Below, piece after piece: positions 1 to 10,850 of a stretch of 64,000 nucleotides of DNA (within the stretch, counting starts at the first letter, position 1; each line of letters opens with the position of its first letter). The stretch lies in NCBI RefSeq assembly GCF_001194135.2, contig NC_068982.1, positions 49,209,900 to 49,273,899 of the forward strand, in the 5' to 3' direction. The translations under genes were made by a program, and so were the position numbers. The stretch comes from Octopus bimaculoides (Eukaryota). Below the pieces are notes generated by a model. That model saw only the letters and a list, made by a program, of their open reading frames with translations. It did not search any database and was not told the DNA's origin.

Positions 1-496
1 ACTAGTGCTATCCTAGGTGCAATCAATGGGAGCGGGTAAAAGTGGAGGTTTTACCCAAAATTTGTGTAACAATTAGAAAATGGAGGATAATATGCTGAAC
101 CCAACTACTTGCAGACGGTGTATCCTGTTGAATTCATTAATTTAATTCATAGCAAAAGTGACAAAAAAAGGAAGAAAAGAAAAAGAAAGAAAGAACCAAA
201 GCACAGGTGTCCATGGCAGACTATGTTATTTTGCCAGCATGGTTTACATATAGAGGTACAAAGTACATAAGGAATTAGAGGATATATATATATATATATA
301 TAGATGTGTGTTTGGAGGGATATATTATCCAGGTGGATACCATGATGGCTCTCAGGTTACAGCTAGCCACATCAATTAGTATTTGATGTCTATGACAACT
401 ATTAATTGTTAGTCATGCTGTAAATCCTTCTGATGGGTTATTCCATGTTCACTTCTCTGGATGGTAATATTACCTGGAGTGTATATATATATATAT

Positions 497-798
497 TGGC
501 TTCGTGGTTTGAGTATTCAGCTCATGATCGTAGGGTCATGAGTTTGATTCCCAACGGCACATTGTGTCCTTGAGCAAGACACTTTATTTCACATTCCTCC
601 AGTCCACTCAGCTGGTAAAAAGTAGTAGTATTTGTATTTCTAGGGGCCAGCCTTGTCACTTTCTGTGTCACACTGAATCTCCCTGAGAACTATATGAAGA
701 GGTACACGTGTCTGTGGAGTGCTCAGTCACTTGCATGTTAATCTCACGAGCAAGCTGTTCTGTTGATTGAATCAACTGGAACCCTCAACGGAGTGCCA
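497..798 (+). mobile_element. tRNA-derived SINE (family A) with CORE-like segment
   Basis: A-box-like TGGCTTCGTGG and B-box-like GAGTTTGATTCC, followed by GTGTCCTTGAGCAAGACACT (CORE-like). The ~170-bp 3' part is clearly homologous to the reverse complement of 3995-4160. Confidence 0.75.
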
Positions 799-833
799 AT
801 TTTTTTGTTTTTTGTTTTTACATTAGCAATATT

Positions 834-1213
834 ATCATCATCATCGTTTAACGTCCACTTTCCATGCTGGCATGGGTTGGACGGTTTGACTGGGGACTGG
901 TGAGCCAGATGGCTGTGCCAGGCTCCAATCTGATCTGGCTAAGTTTCTACAGCTGGATGCCCTTCCTAACGCCAACCACTCAGAGAGTGTAGTGGGTGCT
1001 TTTACGTGCCACCAGCATGAGGGCCAGTCAGGCAGTACTGGCAAAATCTACACTCAAATGGTGTTTTTGTGTCACCTGCACAGGAGCCAGTCCAGCAGTA
1101 CTGGCAACGCCCTCGCTCAAATGTTGTTTTCTACGTAGCACCGGCACAAGTGCCAGTAAGGTGACGCTGGTTACAATCACGCTCGAATGGTGCTTTTTAC
1201 ATGCCACTGGCAT
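834..1213 (-). mobile_element. RTE LINE 3' UTR stub with (GAT)n tail
   Basis: Plus strand reads (CAT)n-CGTTTAACGTCCACTTTCCATGC..., the same sequence that terminates the RTE ORF-bearing copy at 38628-39880. Contains ~63-bp tandem units. Confidence 0.8.
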
Positions 1214-1462
1214 TACAACAAAATGGGATATGGAGACTTGTTCATCTCCAAAATATATTTCCTCTTATTTTACAATTTCATACAGCATATTTTTATGATT
1301 GTTACAACCTACATGTTTCCACTGCACAGAGTATGGGCAATTGCACATGCAACCAGGGAGGATTTTCTGTGCAGCTTCTTCAGGGTTTGCCCATTTGGCT
1401 AGTTTTGAAGTGAACTGAATACAGTTAATTGTTTGTTAGTTAGGGTTCAGTTAGTTAGTCAT

Positions 1463-1541
1463 GCCTTATGCCTTTGAAGAATTTGAAGAATTTTTCCTGT
1501 CTTCACAATCACATGATTCAAATTCTTCAAAGGCATAAGGC
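1463..1541. repeat. Perfect 25-bp inverted repeat with 29-bp spacer
   Basis: GCCTTATGCCTTTGAAGAATTTGAA (1463-1487) is the exact reverse complement of 1517-1541. Confidence 0.9.
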
Positions 1542-1624
1542 TTTCCATCTCAATTGAAGAAGAAAACATTGCAAACTGTGGTGTGTTCCTCCTCTGCCGA
1601 GATGAAAAGCCCCATGCCTCAATG

Positions 1625-1707
1625 GAACTTGAACTCTGAACAAAGACAGATGAAATGTTGCTAAGTATTTTGCCTGGTGTGCTAACGATTCTGCCAGCTC
1701 ACTGCCA
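1625..1707 (-). mobile_element. SINE family C 5' fragment
   Basis: Reverse complement reads GGCAGTGAGCTGGCAGAATCGTTAGC...GAGTTCAAGTTCC, matching the copies at 50277 and 51563. Confidence 0.65.
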
Positions 1708-1817
1708 TTATCACATGATAGGATCCTGATATATGAAAATAATACCTCAAATCATATTTTGCACTTGAAAATATCTCTTGTTGGGTGGAACAATCAAAGT
1801 GGGAAGTTTTATATATG

Positions 1818-1867
<50 letters not shown>

Positions 1868-1911
1868 NNNNNNNNNNATGTATGTTTGTGTGTGTGTGTG
1901 TATATATATAT

Positions 1912-2125
1912 ATCATCATCATCGTTTAACGTCCGCTTTCCATGCTAGCATGGGTTGGACGATTTGACTGAGGACTGGTGAAACCGGATGGCAACACCAG
2001 GCTCCAGTCTGATTTGGCAGAGTTTCTACAGCTGGATGCCCTTCCTAACGCCAACCACTCAGAGAGTGTAGTGGGTGCTTTTACGTGTCACCCGCACGAA
2101 AACGGCCACGCTCGAAATGGTGTCG
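1912..2125 (-). mobile_element. RTE LINE 3' UTR stub
   Basis: Nearly identical to 38628-38880, apart from a 21-bp internal deletion (GGCCAGTCAGGCGGTACTGGC). Confidence 0.8.
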
Positions 2126-2329
2126 TATCACACACATATATACAAACACACAAGTATGCACCCATGTGTTTACATATCCATACATAAGTGTGTGTTTATG
2201 CATGCATGTATGTGTGTGTAAATATTTCTTTGTATTACAATTTTATTATTATATATTTTATGAAACTGCTTTGTAATCTTATGTGCTGAAGGCAAAAAAT
2301 AAACCATTATTTAAAAATATCTACTTAAA

Positions 2330-3000
2330 ATATTACAGTTTTTGTTCATAAATTTCTCATATTGCTGAAGAGAAATAAGATTTTTATAAAAATTTCTTTT
2401 TCTCCAAAAACTGTATCATTTATAACACAATTATCTTGGATAAATAATTCTGAATACAGCTTTTCTTCTAGCTCTTTCAGCTTAGCTTTGCAGGTTGTGT
2501 AGTCATAAATATTGCCACTAATTCTTTATCCAAGACTGAACAAACACACGCTCAAATGTCCAATGCTCTTTTTTTTCCTTCTTCTTCTTCTTCCTTTCCC
2601 TTCTTGTGTCCAACAGCTCTCCATTTAGATTTGATTATCTTCCCATAGAAACTGATAAACTTCCTATGAAACTGCTAATATGCTTGTTGAATTATAGGAA
2701 TGTTGGCAGTCTAACACAGTTTAATAAATTTAGTTTTATTTCTAGCTTTTCAGAGGATTTATTGATGAGGCTTCCTGAATGTGCCATATGAACAAAAGGA
2801 GCCTCTCCACTTCCTTTTAATGGTCAATTTGCATTATTTTGTATACAATAAACTCAATGCTAAATCAATCCAGAATGCATTAATCTAAGATAATACAATG
2901 AGTTAGTTCAGCATAACTTGTTTTATTCAAGCTCAGTAAAATCCAGGACATTTCAACCATCGAATGTAATTCAATGGGTGTCGTTTTAATTGATCTAAAG
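2330..3000 (-). pseudogene. Highly degraded L1/Tx1-like ORF2 fragment (endonuclease-RT linker)
   Basis: Minus-strand pieces WEIIKSKWR..., CKAKLKELEEKL...FGEKKF resemble the L1/Tx1 WE..K / GEK..F motifs. Many stops and frameshifts. Confidence 0.3.
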
Positions 3001-3244
3001 TTTATCTCATAGTAGTTAACACAATCTCAAATCATTTTAGAATAGCTGTACAATTAAGGCTTCTTTGGTTATAATATCAAAATTAGGGTTTAGTAAAGTT
3101 TTATCTGGTCATTTCTCACTAAGAAATGAAACATGATATATGAAATTGTTGTATTCATCCCAATATTCACCAGCATTAATTGAGCTTAATCATAAGAATC
3201 TTTCTAATACATCAAAGGTCTCTCTCTCCCTCTTTCTCTCTCGT

Positions 3245-3283
<39 letters not shown>

Positions 3284-3718
3284 ACCTTACAAATTAGAAT
3301 CTCCTCATCATTATCACCATCATGTCAGTCATTGTCATCATCATCATTAACATCATCATTTTTACTTCTGCTTCTTCATGTTTGTATGGGTTGGAGGGTC
3401 CTTTTTAAGACACTGTCTTCTTATTTCTCGCTTTCTTTTGTCACTTCCTATGTGAAGCTCAACATCCTAAGATTAGCTTTTGTCACTTCTGCCTCTGTCT
3501 TACTTGGCCTTCCTCCCCTCCCACAACTTCCTTTCACTTGAATGTCCTGGCAATTCATTACCAGCTTGTTATCCTCCATGCACATTACATGCCTATGCCA
3601 ACACAGTCTTCATTCTTGCATAAACACAACAACTGATTCTTCTTATTACTGGTTTATCTCTCTCTGCTCATCAGTACCATGTTATTCATGCATACTAACA
3701 TTACACATCCAACAGAAC

Positions 3719-3902
3719 CAGGGGGCGTAGGTGTGCTAGGTGTGTGTGCTGCACACCCATCGAAAATGGCAAATTCATTGTAAATAGCCTTAGTCAGTTT
3801 AATCCCAAATCTTAATGGAAAACTTTTGTTATACTCCTGCTTGAAATTTGGTGGCATTGGGAGTAGCAGCACACCCAATACAACAACCACCATATGCCAC
3901 TG
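3719..3902. mobile_element. hAT-type MITE (184 bp)
   Basis: Termini CAGGGGGCGTAGG ... CCATATGCCACTG, subterminal GCACACCC at both ends, 8-bp TSD AACAGAAC (3711-3718) / AGCAGAAC (3903-3910). Confidence 0.75.
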
Positions 3903-3978
3903 AGCAGAACATACTTATTTCATTTCTCTCCACCCTTTGTACATACCCTGAATTCAGTGCCTACATCTCACTGTCATA

Positions 3979-4374
3979 TTGTTGTTGTTGTTGTTGGCAC
4001 TCGGTCGCTTACGATGTCAAGGGTTCCAGTTGATCCGATCAACGGAACAGCCTGCTCGTGAAATTAATGTGCAAGTGGCTGAGCACTCCACAGACACGTG
4101 TACCCTTAATGTAGTTCTCGGGGATATTCAGTGTAACACAGTGTGACAAGGCTGACCCTTTGAATTACAGGCACAACAGAAACAGGAAGTAAGAGTGAGA
4201 GAAAGCTATGGTGGAAGAGTACAGCAGGGTTCGCCACCATCCCCTGCCGGAGCCTCGTGGAGCTTTAGGTGTTTTCGCTCAATAAACACTCACAACGCCC
4301 GGTCTGGGAATCGAAACCGCGATCCTATGACCGCGAGTCTGCTGCCCTAACCACTGGGCCATTGTGCCTCCACT
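3979..4374 (-). mobile_element. Well-preserved full-length tRNA-derived SINE (family A variant), (CAA)n tail
   Basis: A box TGGCCCAGTGG, B box GGTTTCGATTCC, CpG-rich, perfect 11-bp TSD TCACTGTCATA at 3968-3978 and 4375-4385. Confidence 0.9.
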
Positions 4375-4677
4375 TCACTGTCATACAATCTGGCACTTTC
4401 TACCCAAGCAGCATATAAGCTACACTTTTCTCAATGAGATGTTTCCTTATACTTGTTGCTAGCAAAAATCTGAACATTTTCCACTTTGCCCTTATTCTGG
4501 AGAACATGTTTTCAGAACACACAACTCCACAGCTTATTAGGTTTCCCTGGTAATATTATTCATAAATTTGAATTTGAATTTAAAGCATATCGCAAATTAA
4601 TTTTCTATATATACATAGATAACTCAACATAAATTCTCGACATTCTTATAAACATTTTGAAAATACAAGAAAATTAA

Positions 4678-4895
4678 CCTGTTAGCATCCAGGTTGCTGT
4701 CAAACATAATACTTATTTATTCACACTGTTTTCAATCAATCATACTTTACCTTGTAGCTTTGAGATTTCGATGATGTGATTATTTACTTTTAGAATGACA
4801 TTGTAGGGTAGTTGTGAGAGGCCTGATCTGGTCAGTTTGAACATAAAACATGTAGAATATTTGGGCCAGAAATGGCTAGTTTAAAGGTCAAAGGG
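4678..4895. mobile_element. piggyBac-like MITE, diverged
   Basis: TTAA-CCTGTTAGCAT ... AAAGGG termini; reverse complement of the 55311-55526 family. Confidence 0.55.
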
Positions 4896-5636
4896 TTTTA
4901 CTAAATTCTCAGCTACAAGGTTTCTTTATTCACTCACGTAAAAGCATTTTCCCAAACTTAACAGTTTAACCACCATATCGCATTAACTTCATTGACATGA
5001 TATCTACTTAATGAGTATAACAGTCACATCATTTTAGCTGAAACAGATTGTAACAAATTATTCAATTCCTCAATTTTACTCCAGTGAAAGTATCAATAGT
5101 TTCATGGCTATAACCTGTCAGGAATTGAAACCTACAAACCCGCAAAGAATAACAGAGCTATCTGAATGGCTTTTTTTAATTTTTTTTTTTTCATAATGAT
5201 CTGTCATATCATCATTGACAAATGTTAGCAACTTGATACAGAGATTACATAAAAGCAAATGGTGAAAATAGAAATGAGATTAGATACTTTATAAGCATTT
5301 CCTTTTCCATTTTTTTGTTTTTTACCAGTGTTATATTCTGCTAATAGCTATGATTTATAATCAATATATAAGTTTTATAATGGACTGTGGCAGTTATGAC
5401 TTAACCTCTAACTCTTATCACAAACACAATGAACTGTAAATCACAAATAAATTCTGTGGCAACATCATAACTGCCTGCGTACACACACACGCACACTAAC
5501 GTGCACATACTTGCAGACATACAGACATGTTCATATATATAAACATACTACTATATTTATACATACAGCCAGAAATATTTAGGTATACATATACACACAT
5601 ATATACCTATAATAATACGAATGTTCATACTATGTA

Positions 5637-5978
5637 GTGAAGGTGCATGGCTCAATGGTTAGAGTGTTGGACTCACTATCATGAGGTAGTGAGTTCGATT
5701 CCTGAACTGGAATGTGTGTTGTGTTCTTGAGCAAGACACTTTATTTTACATTGCCCCAGTTCACTCAGCTGTTGAAATGAGTTGCAATGATACTAGTGCC
5801 AAGCTGTATTGTTGGCACTTTCCCTTGTGTAACATCAGTGGCATGGAGAGGGGAGGCTTGTATGTATGGACGACTGCTGGTCTTCCATAAACAACCTTGC
5901 CCGAACTTATGCCTTGGATGCTAACTTTCTAGGTGCAATCCCATGGTCATTTATGACCAAAGAGGGTCTTTACCCTCA
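5637..5978 (+). mobile_element. tRNA-CORE SINE family B
   Basis: TGGCTCAATGG A box, GAGTTCGATTCC B box, TTCTTGAGCAAGACACT core. Homologous copies at 16795, 21522, 44582 and 44897. Confidence 0.8.
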
Positions 5979-5989
5979 TACTCTATACA

Positions 5990-6195
5990 TGATTATATGC
6001 ATAAGTACCTGCAAACATTCATACAAGCACACAATGCAAACATACATACACACACAAATCTGCACGTATACATACAAACAAACAAAAATACCCTGTTGAT
6101 GTTGTTGAAATTCCAACTAAGGAGCCTTGGATCTAGGTTAGAAATCGACTCTTTCTCTATTAGTGAGAAATCTTGAAATAAAACTGAATAATGAC
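5990..6195 (+). mobile_element. 3' UTR stub of RLE-type LINE family 2
   Basis: GTTGAAATTCC..GGATCTAGGTTAGAAA..CTCTTTCTCT..GAAATAAAACTGAATAATGA is shared with the 3' ends at ~15985-16070 and 29720-29820. Confidence 0.65.
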
Positions 6196-6210
6196 ATATA
6201 TACATATATA

Positions 6211-8290
6211 TTGGTTTGACCAAAGAGTTCGTTCAATTTTAGACTAAACAGGACAAGAGGAGACATGAGAGATGGAGAGTCACTGAAGGGATCACAGGAT
6301 GTGTGACAAAAGATTTCAAACAAAAGACACTAAAATAAGAATAATAATAAAGCTGAAGTGAAGATCAAGTATATAGTGCATGTGGTTGATTGGCAAAAAC
6401 CACTAAAAAAAATACCTTCCCCAAATATAACAATATAAGACAGAAGCTTTAAACATAAAGCGATGTATTCAGTCAATGAATATATGAGGGGAAGTCAAAA
6501 ATTATATGCACTTTCGCTGTAACATATCTTTACTATTGTTACTATGCCTTCTGCACATGTTTGCTTATGGTTGGTATTATTGTGGTCACATGATCGAAGT
6601 TTGAGTCTGATTGCACCATTTTTTCCTGGCTTTACAGTGTAAGAATGGCCACTCTGCTAGCAATGTGCACCAAAGAAAAGGGATGTGCAATCAACTGTGC
6701 AAGATACAGTGCTTTGCCGGCCAGCAAACTGAAGCTAGCAATTTGCACCAAATGCCAAAGCTTATTGTTGAAGAAAGTTTTGTTGTTGCATGACTATGCA
6801 CGCCCATACACAGCCACCCAGACTATTGAAAGCATTAACCAATTGGGTCTTGAGGTGCTGGAAAACCCTGCCTACAGCCCAGATCTTTCCCCTTCTGATT
6901 ATCATATCCTTGGACTGCTCAAATATGGTTTATGAGGTCATCAATTTCCTTTGGATGAAGATGTGAAGGAAGTGGTGTATAATTAGTTGCACAACCAACC
7001 AGAAACCTTCTTGGAGGGAATATGCAAGCTTGTGGACCACTGGACCAAATGCATTGCAAAGGAAGGAGGCTATATAGAAGAATGATGTACTTGTTTATCT
7101 CCTGCTTTGTGTAAATACATTAAAAGAAACAAGAGTGCGTATAATTTTTGACTCTCCCTCATAACTGCTGTTTAGTTTCAGTATCTTCTGTCATCTTGTG
7201 AGTAGATACATTATTCCCTGTTCAAAGAATTACCCATCTTTACCGATTAAGAGCTGTTCCAGCGGAATTTTTACTCCCTCTACAGAGCTGAAGGTCTGCT
7301 CACTCAATGCATTTTGAAGAGACTGAAACAGGATGAGATCTGAAGGTGCAAGATTTGGTGTATATGGAGGGTGCAGCAGAACTTTCCAAGGAAGACCCTG
7401 CAATTTTTGTTATGTCTGAAAAGAAGTGCACAGTCTGGCATTATCATGATGAGTGATGATGCTCTTATGATTAGCAAGTTCTGGATGCTTTTGGTGGATT
7501 ACTGCATTTAATTTGTCCAGCTAGTCACAGTACACATCCAAATTGATTGATGGTCATGTCCATGAGAAGAAGTTCATGAAAGACAATACCCTTTGTATCC
7601 CACCAAATTCAAAGGATAACCTTCTTTGGGTGAAGTTCAACTTTGGTGTTTGTTGGTAGTGGTTTGTCATGCTTCTCCGTAATTGTTTGCACTTCACATT
7701 GTACTAGACAATCCATCTTTTTGTTCTTTGTCACCATTTTCTTCAAAAAAAAGGATTGTTTTCTTCATGCATCTGCATTGAATCACAGATGGACATTTGC
7801 TGGGCCATGTTCTCCTCACTCAGTTAATGTGGGATCCAAACATTGAGCCATGCTTATGTAACCAAGTCGACACAGATGGTTTTCAACACCAAATTTGGAT
7901 ATTTGGAGAGTATGTGTGATCATCCTGGTTGTATAACGAGAATTGGTTTCAACTAATTCCTTCATTTTGTTGCTGTTAATCTCAGCTTGCTGGCCAGTCT
8001 GAGATGCATCTTGAACAGAAAAATTTCCTGATTGAAATCTTGGAAACCACTTTTAGTACATACATTCCATAGCAGCACCCTCTCCTTACACAGATACACT
8101 CTGATGCAAATTTCTTCCACTTTCTTGCCCTTTTTAAAATGTAAAAACATGACTTGTTGATAATGTTCATTTTGGTTCTCCATTTTAGAGAGAATCATTA
8201 CAAGTTCATATTGAACTACATTATTGTGTAAAGTATTTGAGTGCACATATGCAAAGGTAAAAAGTGAAGAAATGCTTTGACCAAACCCAA
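6211..8290 (-). mobile_element. Degraded full-length mariner (mellifera/Hsmar1-like), host of a nested mariner
   Basis: N-terminus MENQNEHYQQVMFLHFKKGKK (ORF 7962-8378). Imperfect TIRs TTGGTTTGACCAAAGAGTTCGTTCAATTTT (from 6211) and the reverse complement ending at 8290, each flanked by TA. The C-terminus KLNSSY/IH* is split by the insert. Confidence 0.75.
6485..7161 (+). mobile_element. Internally deleted DD34D mariner (677 bp)
   Basis: 28-bp TIRs TGAGGGGAAGTCAAAAATTATATGCACT / AGTGCGTATAATTTTTGACTCTCCCTCA with TA TSD. ORF 6645-6935 contains HDYARPY...YSPDLSPSDY (34 residues between the two D). Confidence 0.9.
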
Positions 8291-8394
8291 TACACACACA
8301 CATACACACATTTCCTAAAGTCTTGAAAATGACAGTAATATCACCATGAAATGCAGCCTCTCCTGGGCTCATGATCACTATATCATATCACACT

Positions 8395-9167
8395 TCTGAG
8401 GCTAAGCATTTGCAATCCAAGAACAGAAGATTGCTACAAAATACTTAATTAACAAATGTGACAGTGAAGCCTTTGGAGCATCAAGATGCAACCAAAACTG
8501 TGAATTATGTCATATTTCTCTTGAAGACATCATGCACCTGACAAACAGCTACCCAAAAATGTCATCAAAAGGCTACCTTCCAATGCAACATGCTTTGCTG
8601 CTAAGGTAGTATGCAATGACACCTGAAAAAAATCATCTTGGGATAAAATAGAAAACCATCTGTTATTGAATACACACACATAGACATCAACTCGAAGAAT
8701 GTTGGTGAAACTTCCCAAGTGCAAACACATCAGGCTGGATATTTTTGTCTGGGGCAAACAAGAAAATGTACATAGAGATCAGCAACCCTGCTGAGGTGAA
8801 CATCTCTTCAAAAATCAAGGAGAAAGAGGATAACTACAGAAAGCTGCTTGGAGACTACAGCTTCTATACTCAGATTATAAATTCACATTTATGCCAATAG
8901 TAATTGGTGCACTTGATTTTGTGAGTAAATTTTTTAAGTCACAATCTGGATAAGCTTGGGATTTCCCAAAAAGAAATCAACTAGCTAACTTGTACATTAC
9001 AAATGTAATAAGTGGAACACTAAAAATATGCAAGGTTTTTTTCAAGTTCAAAGTGTAAAATTGTTTTTGTTATCCACTCTCCAGCAATAGAGCTGCTTTG
9101 TGTCCTTATTAGAAACCAGTTCCTTTCTTTCAGGAAGATTTCAAATGTTTTAAAAACTGAATAAAAG

Positions 9168-9170
<3 letters not shown>
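8395..9170 (+). mobile_element. RLE-type (R4-clade-like) LINE 3' fragment, family 2, degraded
   Basis: Frameshifted KCKHIRLDIFVW / YIEISNPAEVNISSKIKEKEDNY / LQLLYSDYKFTFMPIVIGAL (PD-(D/E)xK-type endonuclease), followed by (TA)n. Confidence 0.65.
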
Positions 9171-9212
<42 letters not shown>

Positions 9213-9744
9213 TCCTTTATGTCATGAAAGCTGAGGAAGTAGTGTAATTTCGTATCTCTATATAAAAAAAATAGGAAATTCTTGAACAAACACTGCTCCA
9301 ATCACACAGCCATGAAGAGACACATTTACAACATACGAAGACATTACGACCATGCAATCGTAAAACTGTCTCTACAACCTGACAGAGACGAACATAAAAA
9401 TACATGAATACACTTCAAAATAGATACATACACATAACATGAATTTGCTCTTGTGTAAGCAAATGTGACTCTGTACTTTAAAACCCCAGGCTTGAAATCA
9501 ACTTCAGTGCAAATGTAGTACACTAGCCACCTTATGGAAGTCTTCTAAAGTGAAAGCATCAATGGAAATCCTCGAAAGTGAAGGTGTCCAGCACTCTTGT
9601 CAGAACCTCACTCACCCTCTTAATGTCTTCAAAATGACAGCCTTTAAGGTTTTCCTTCATCTTGAGGAACAACCAATAGTCACACAGAGCAATGTCTGGA
9701 TTGTAGAAAGGGTTATTCTTTTATTCTTTATTCTTTTACTCATT

Positions 9745-9891
9745 TCATTCATTTGACTGCGAACATGCTGAATCAACCCAGTACATTTTTTTTTAATGAT
9801 TTAAGCCTGGAACTTATTCGGTCGGTCTCTTTTGCCAAACTGCTAAGTTACAGGGACATAAACACGCCAACACCAGTTGTCAAGTGATGGT

Positions 9892-9973
<82 letters not shown>

Positions 9974-10125
9974 ACAGGCTTATTTCAGTTTCAGTCTACC
10001 AAATCCACTCACAAGGCTTTATTCAGCCCAAGGCTATAGCAAAAAACACTTGCCTAAGGTGTCATGTAGTGAGACTGAACCTGGAACCATGTGGTTGGGA
10101 AGCAAGTTTCTTACCAAACTGCCAC
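9745..10125 (-). mobile_element. tRNA-CORE SINE family D with internal (CA)n
   Basis: Reverse complement of the 22578-22965 family; the (CA)n at 9896-9969 is the internal microsatellite. Confidence 0.75.
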
Positions 10126-10129
10126 TCAG

Positions 10130-10600
10130 TTTTGATGCACATCTCGATCAAGTGGTTGGTTATCAGGATGGAATTGTGGACTGGTGCATTGTCAGGTGCA
10201 GGTGCCACTGACTCAAGTAGAAAGCTTTGGTCTTTTGCTACTAAATCTCTTCCTGAACTCCCTCAAAACCTCAACAAAGTACTCTTTGTTGCTTGTTTGG
10301 TGGCCAGAGGAAACCCAATGAATCTAGATGATGCCCTTGCTGTCAAAGAAATGAATCATCATGAACTTCCTAATGAACTTGCTTTGCCTGGCCCCTTGAG
10401 CCAGTGAAAAACAGATACTTGGCTCATACATGTTAATCCATAAGCAGTCTAGAAGATTTCATAAGATCTTGTAGTATTTTTGTCCAGTTCAACGCAAAAC
10501 TTTATTGCATAGCAAGCTTCCAGATTGTCTTCATGTCCCAACTGCATTCTGCAAGCTAGTCAGCTGTGATAAGCATTGTTTAGCAGGGTGAGTTCAAAGT
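10130..10600 (-). mobile_element. Internally deleted mariner derivative
   Basis: Minus strand reads YAIKFCVEL..VFHWLK fused to KASSLG..FFDSKGII..EYFVEVLREFRKRF..HL-DNAPVHNS. Confidence 0.7.
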
Positions 10601-10669
10601 GTTGTTACAGCTGTCTCCTTCAATCTGGGATAACAAAATTTGGCAAGTCAGCTTATTAGGTGAATAGTA

Positions 10670-10850
10670 ATCCTTTCTACTAAAGGTGCAAGTCCTGACA
10701 TTTGGAGGAGTTGATTACATCGATCCCAATGTCAAACTGGTGCTTATTTTATTGACCCCCAAAGGGTTGAAAGGGGAAATATGAACTCGGAACATAAAGG
10801 TGGACAAAATGCTTAGCAGCATTTTGCCCAGCATGCTAATGGTTCAGCCA
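10670..10850 (-). mobile_element. SINE family C
   Basis: Homologous to the reverse complement of 50277-50488. Confidence 0.6.

Larger units (their letters stand above)
3300..4550 (-). mobile_element. Old RTE LINE 3' portion, interrupted by a hAT MITE and a SINE
   Basis: After removing the two inserts, the minus strand gives ARLYDSEM..RVERNEISMFCWMCNV..RLCWHRHVMCME..VKGSCGRGGRPSKT, typical of the RTE C-terminus. Ends in a degenerate (GAT)n tail. Confidence 0.65.

Noticed and set aside
328-480. Weak inverted repeat CCAGGT..ACCAT / ATGGT..ACCTGG
   Set aside because: Too short and mismatched to call a MITE without further copies.
995-1213. CRISPR-like regularly spaced repeats
   Set aside because: Eukaryotic context, and the units are degenerate tandem repeats of an RTE 3' UTR without unique spacers.
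4290-4374. Possible tRNA gene
   Set aside because: The A and B boxes belong to a SINE head that continues into a SINE body and tail bounded by a TSD; there is no complete cloverleaf.
9877-10407. 176-aa ORF with an HT repeat
   Set aside because: It reads through (CA)n, a SINE and the antisense strand of a mariner relic.
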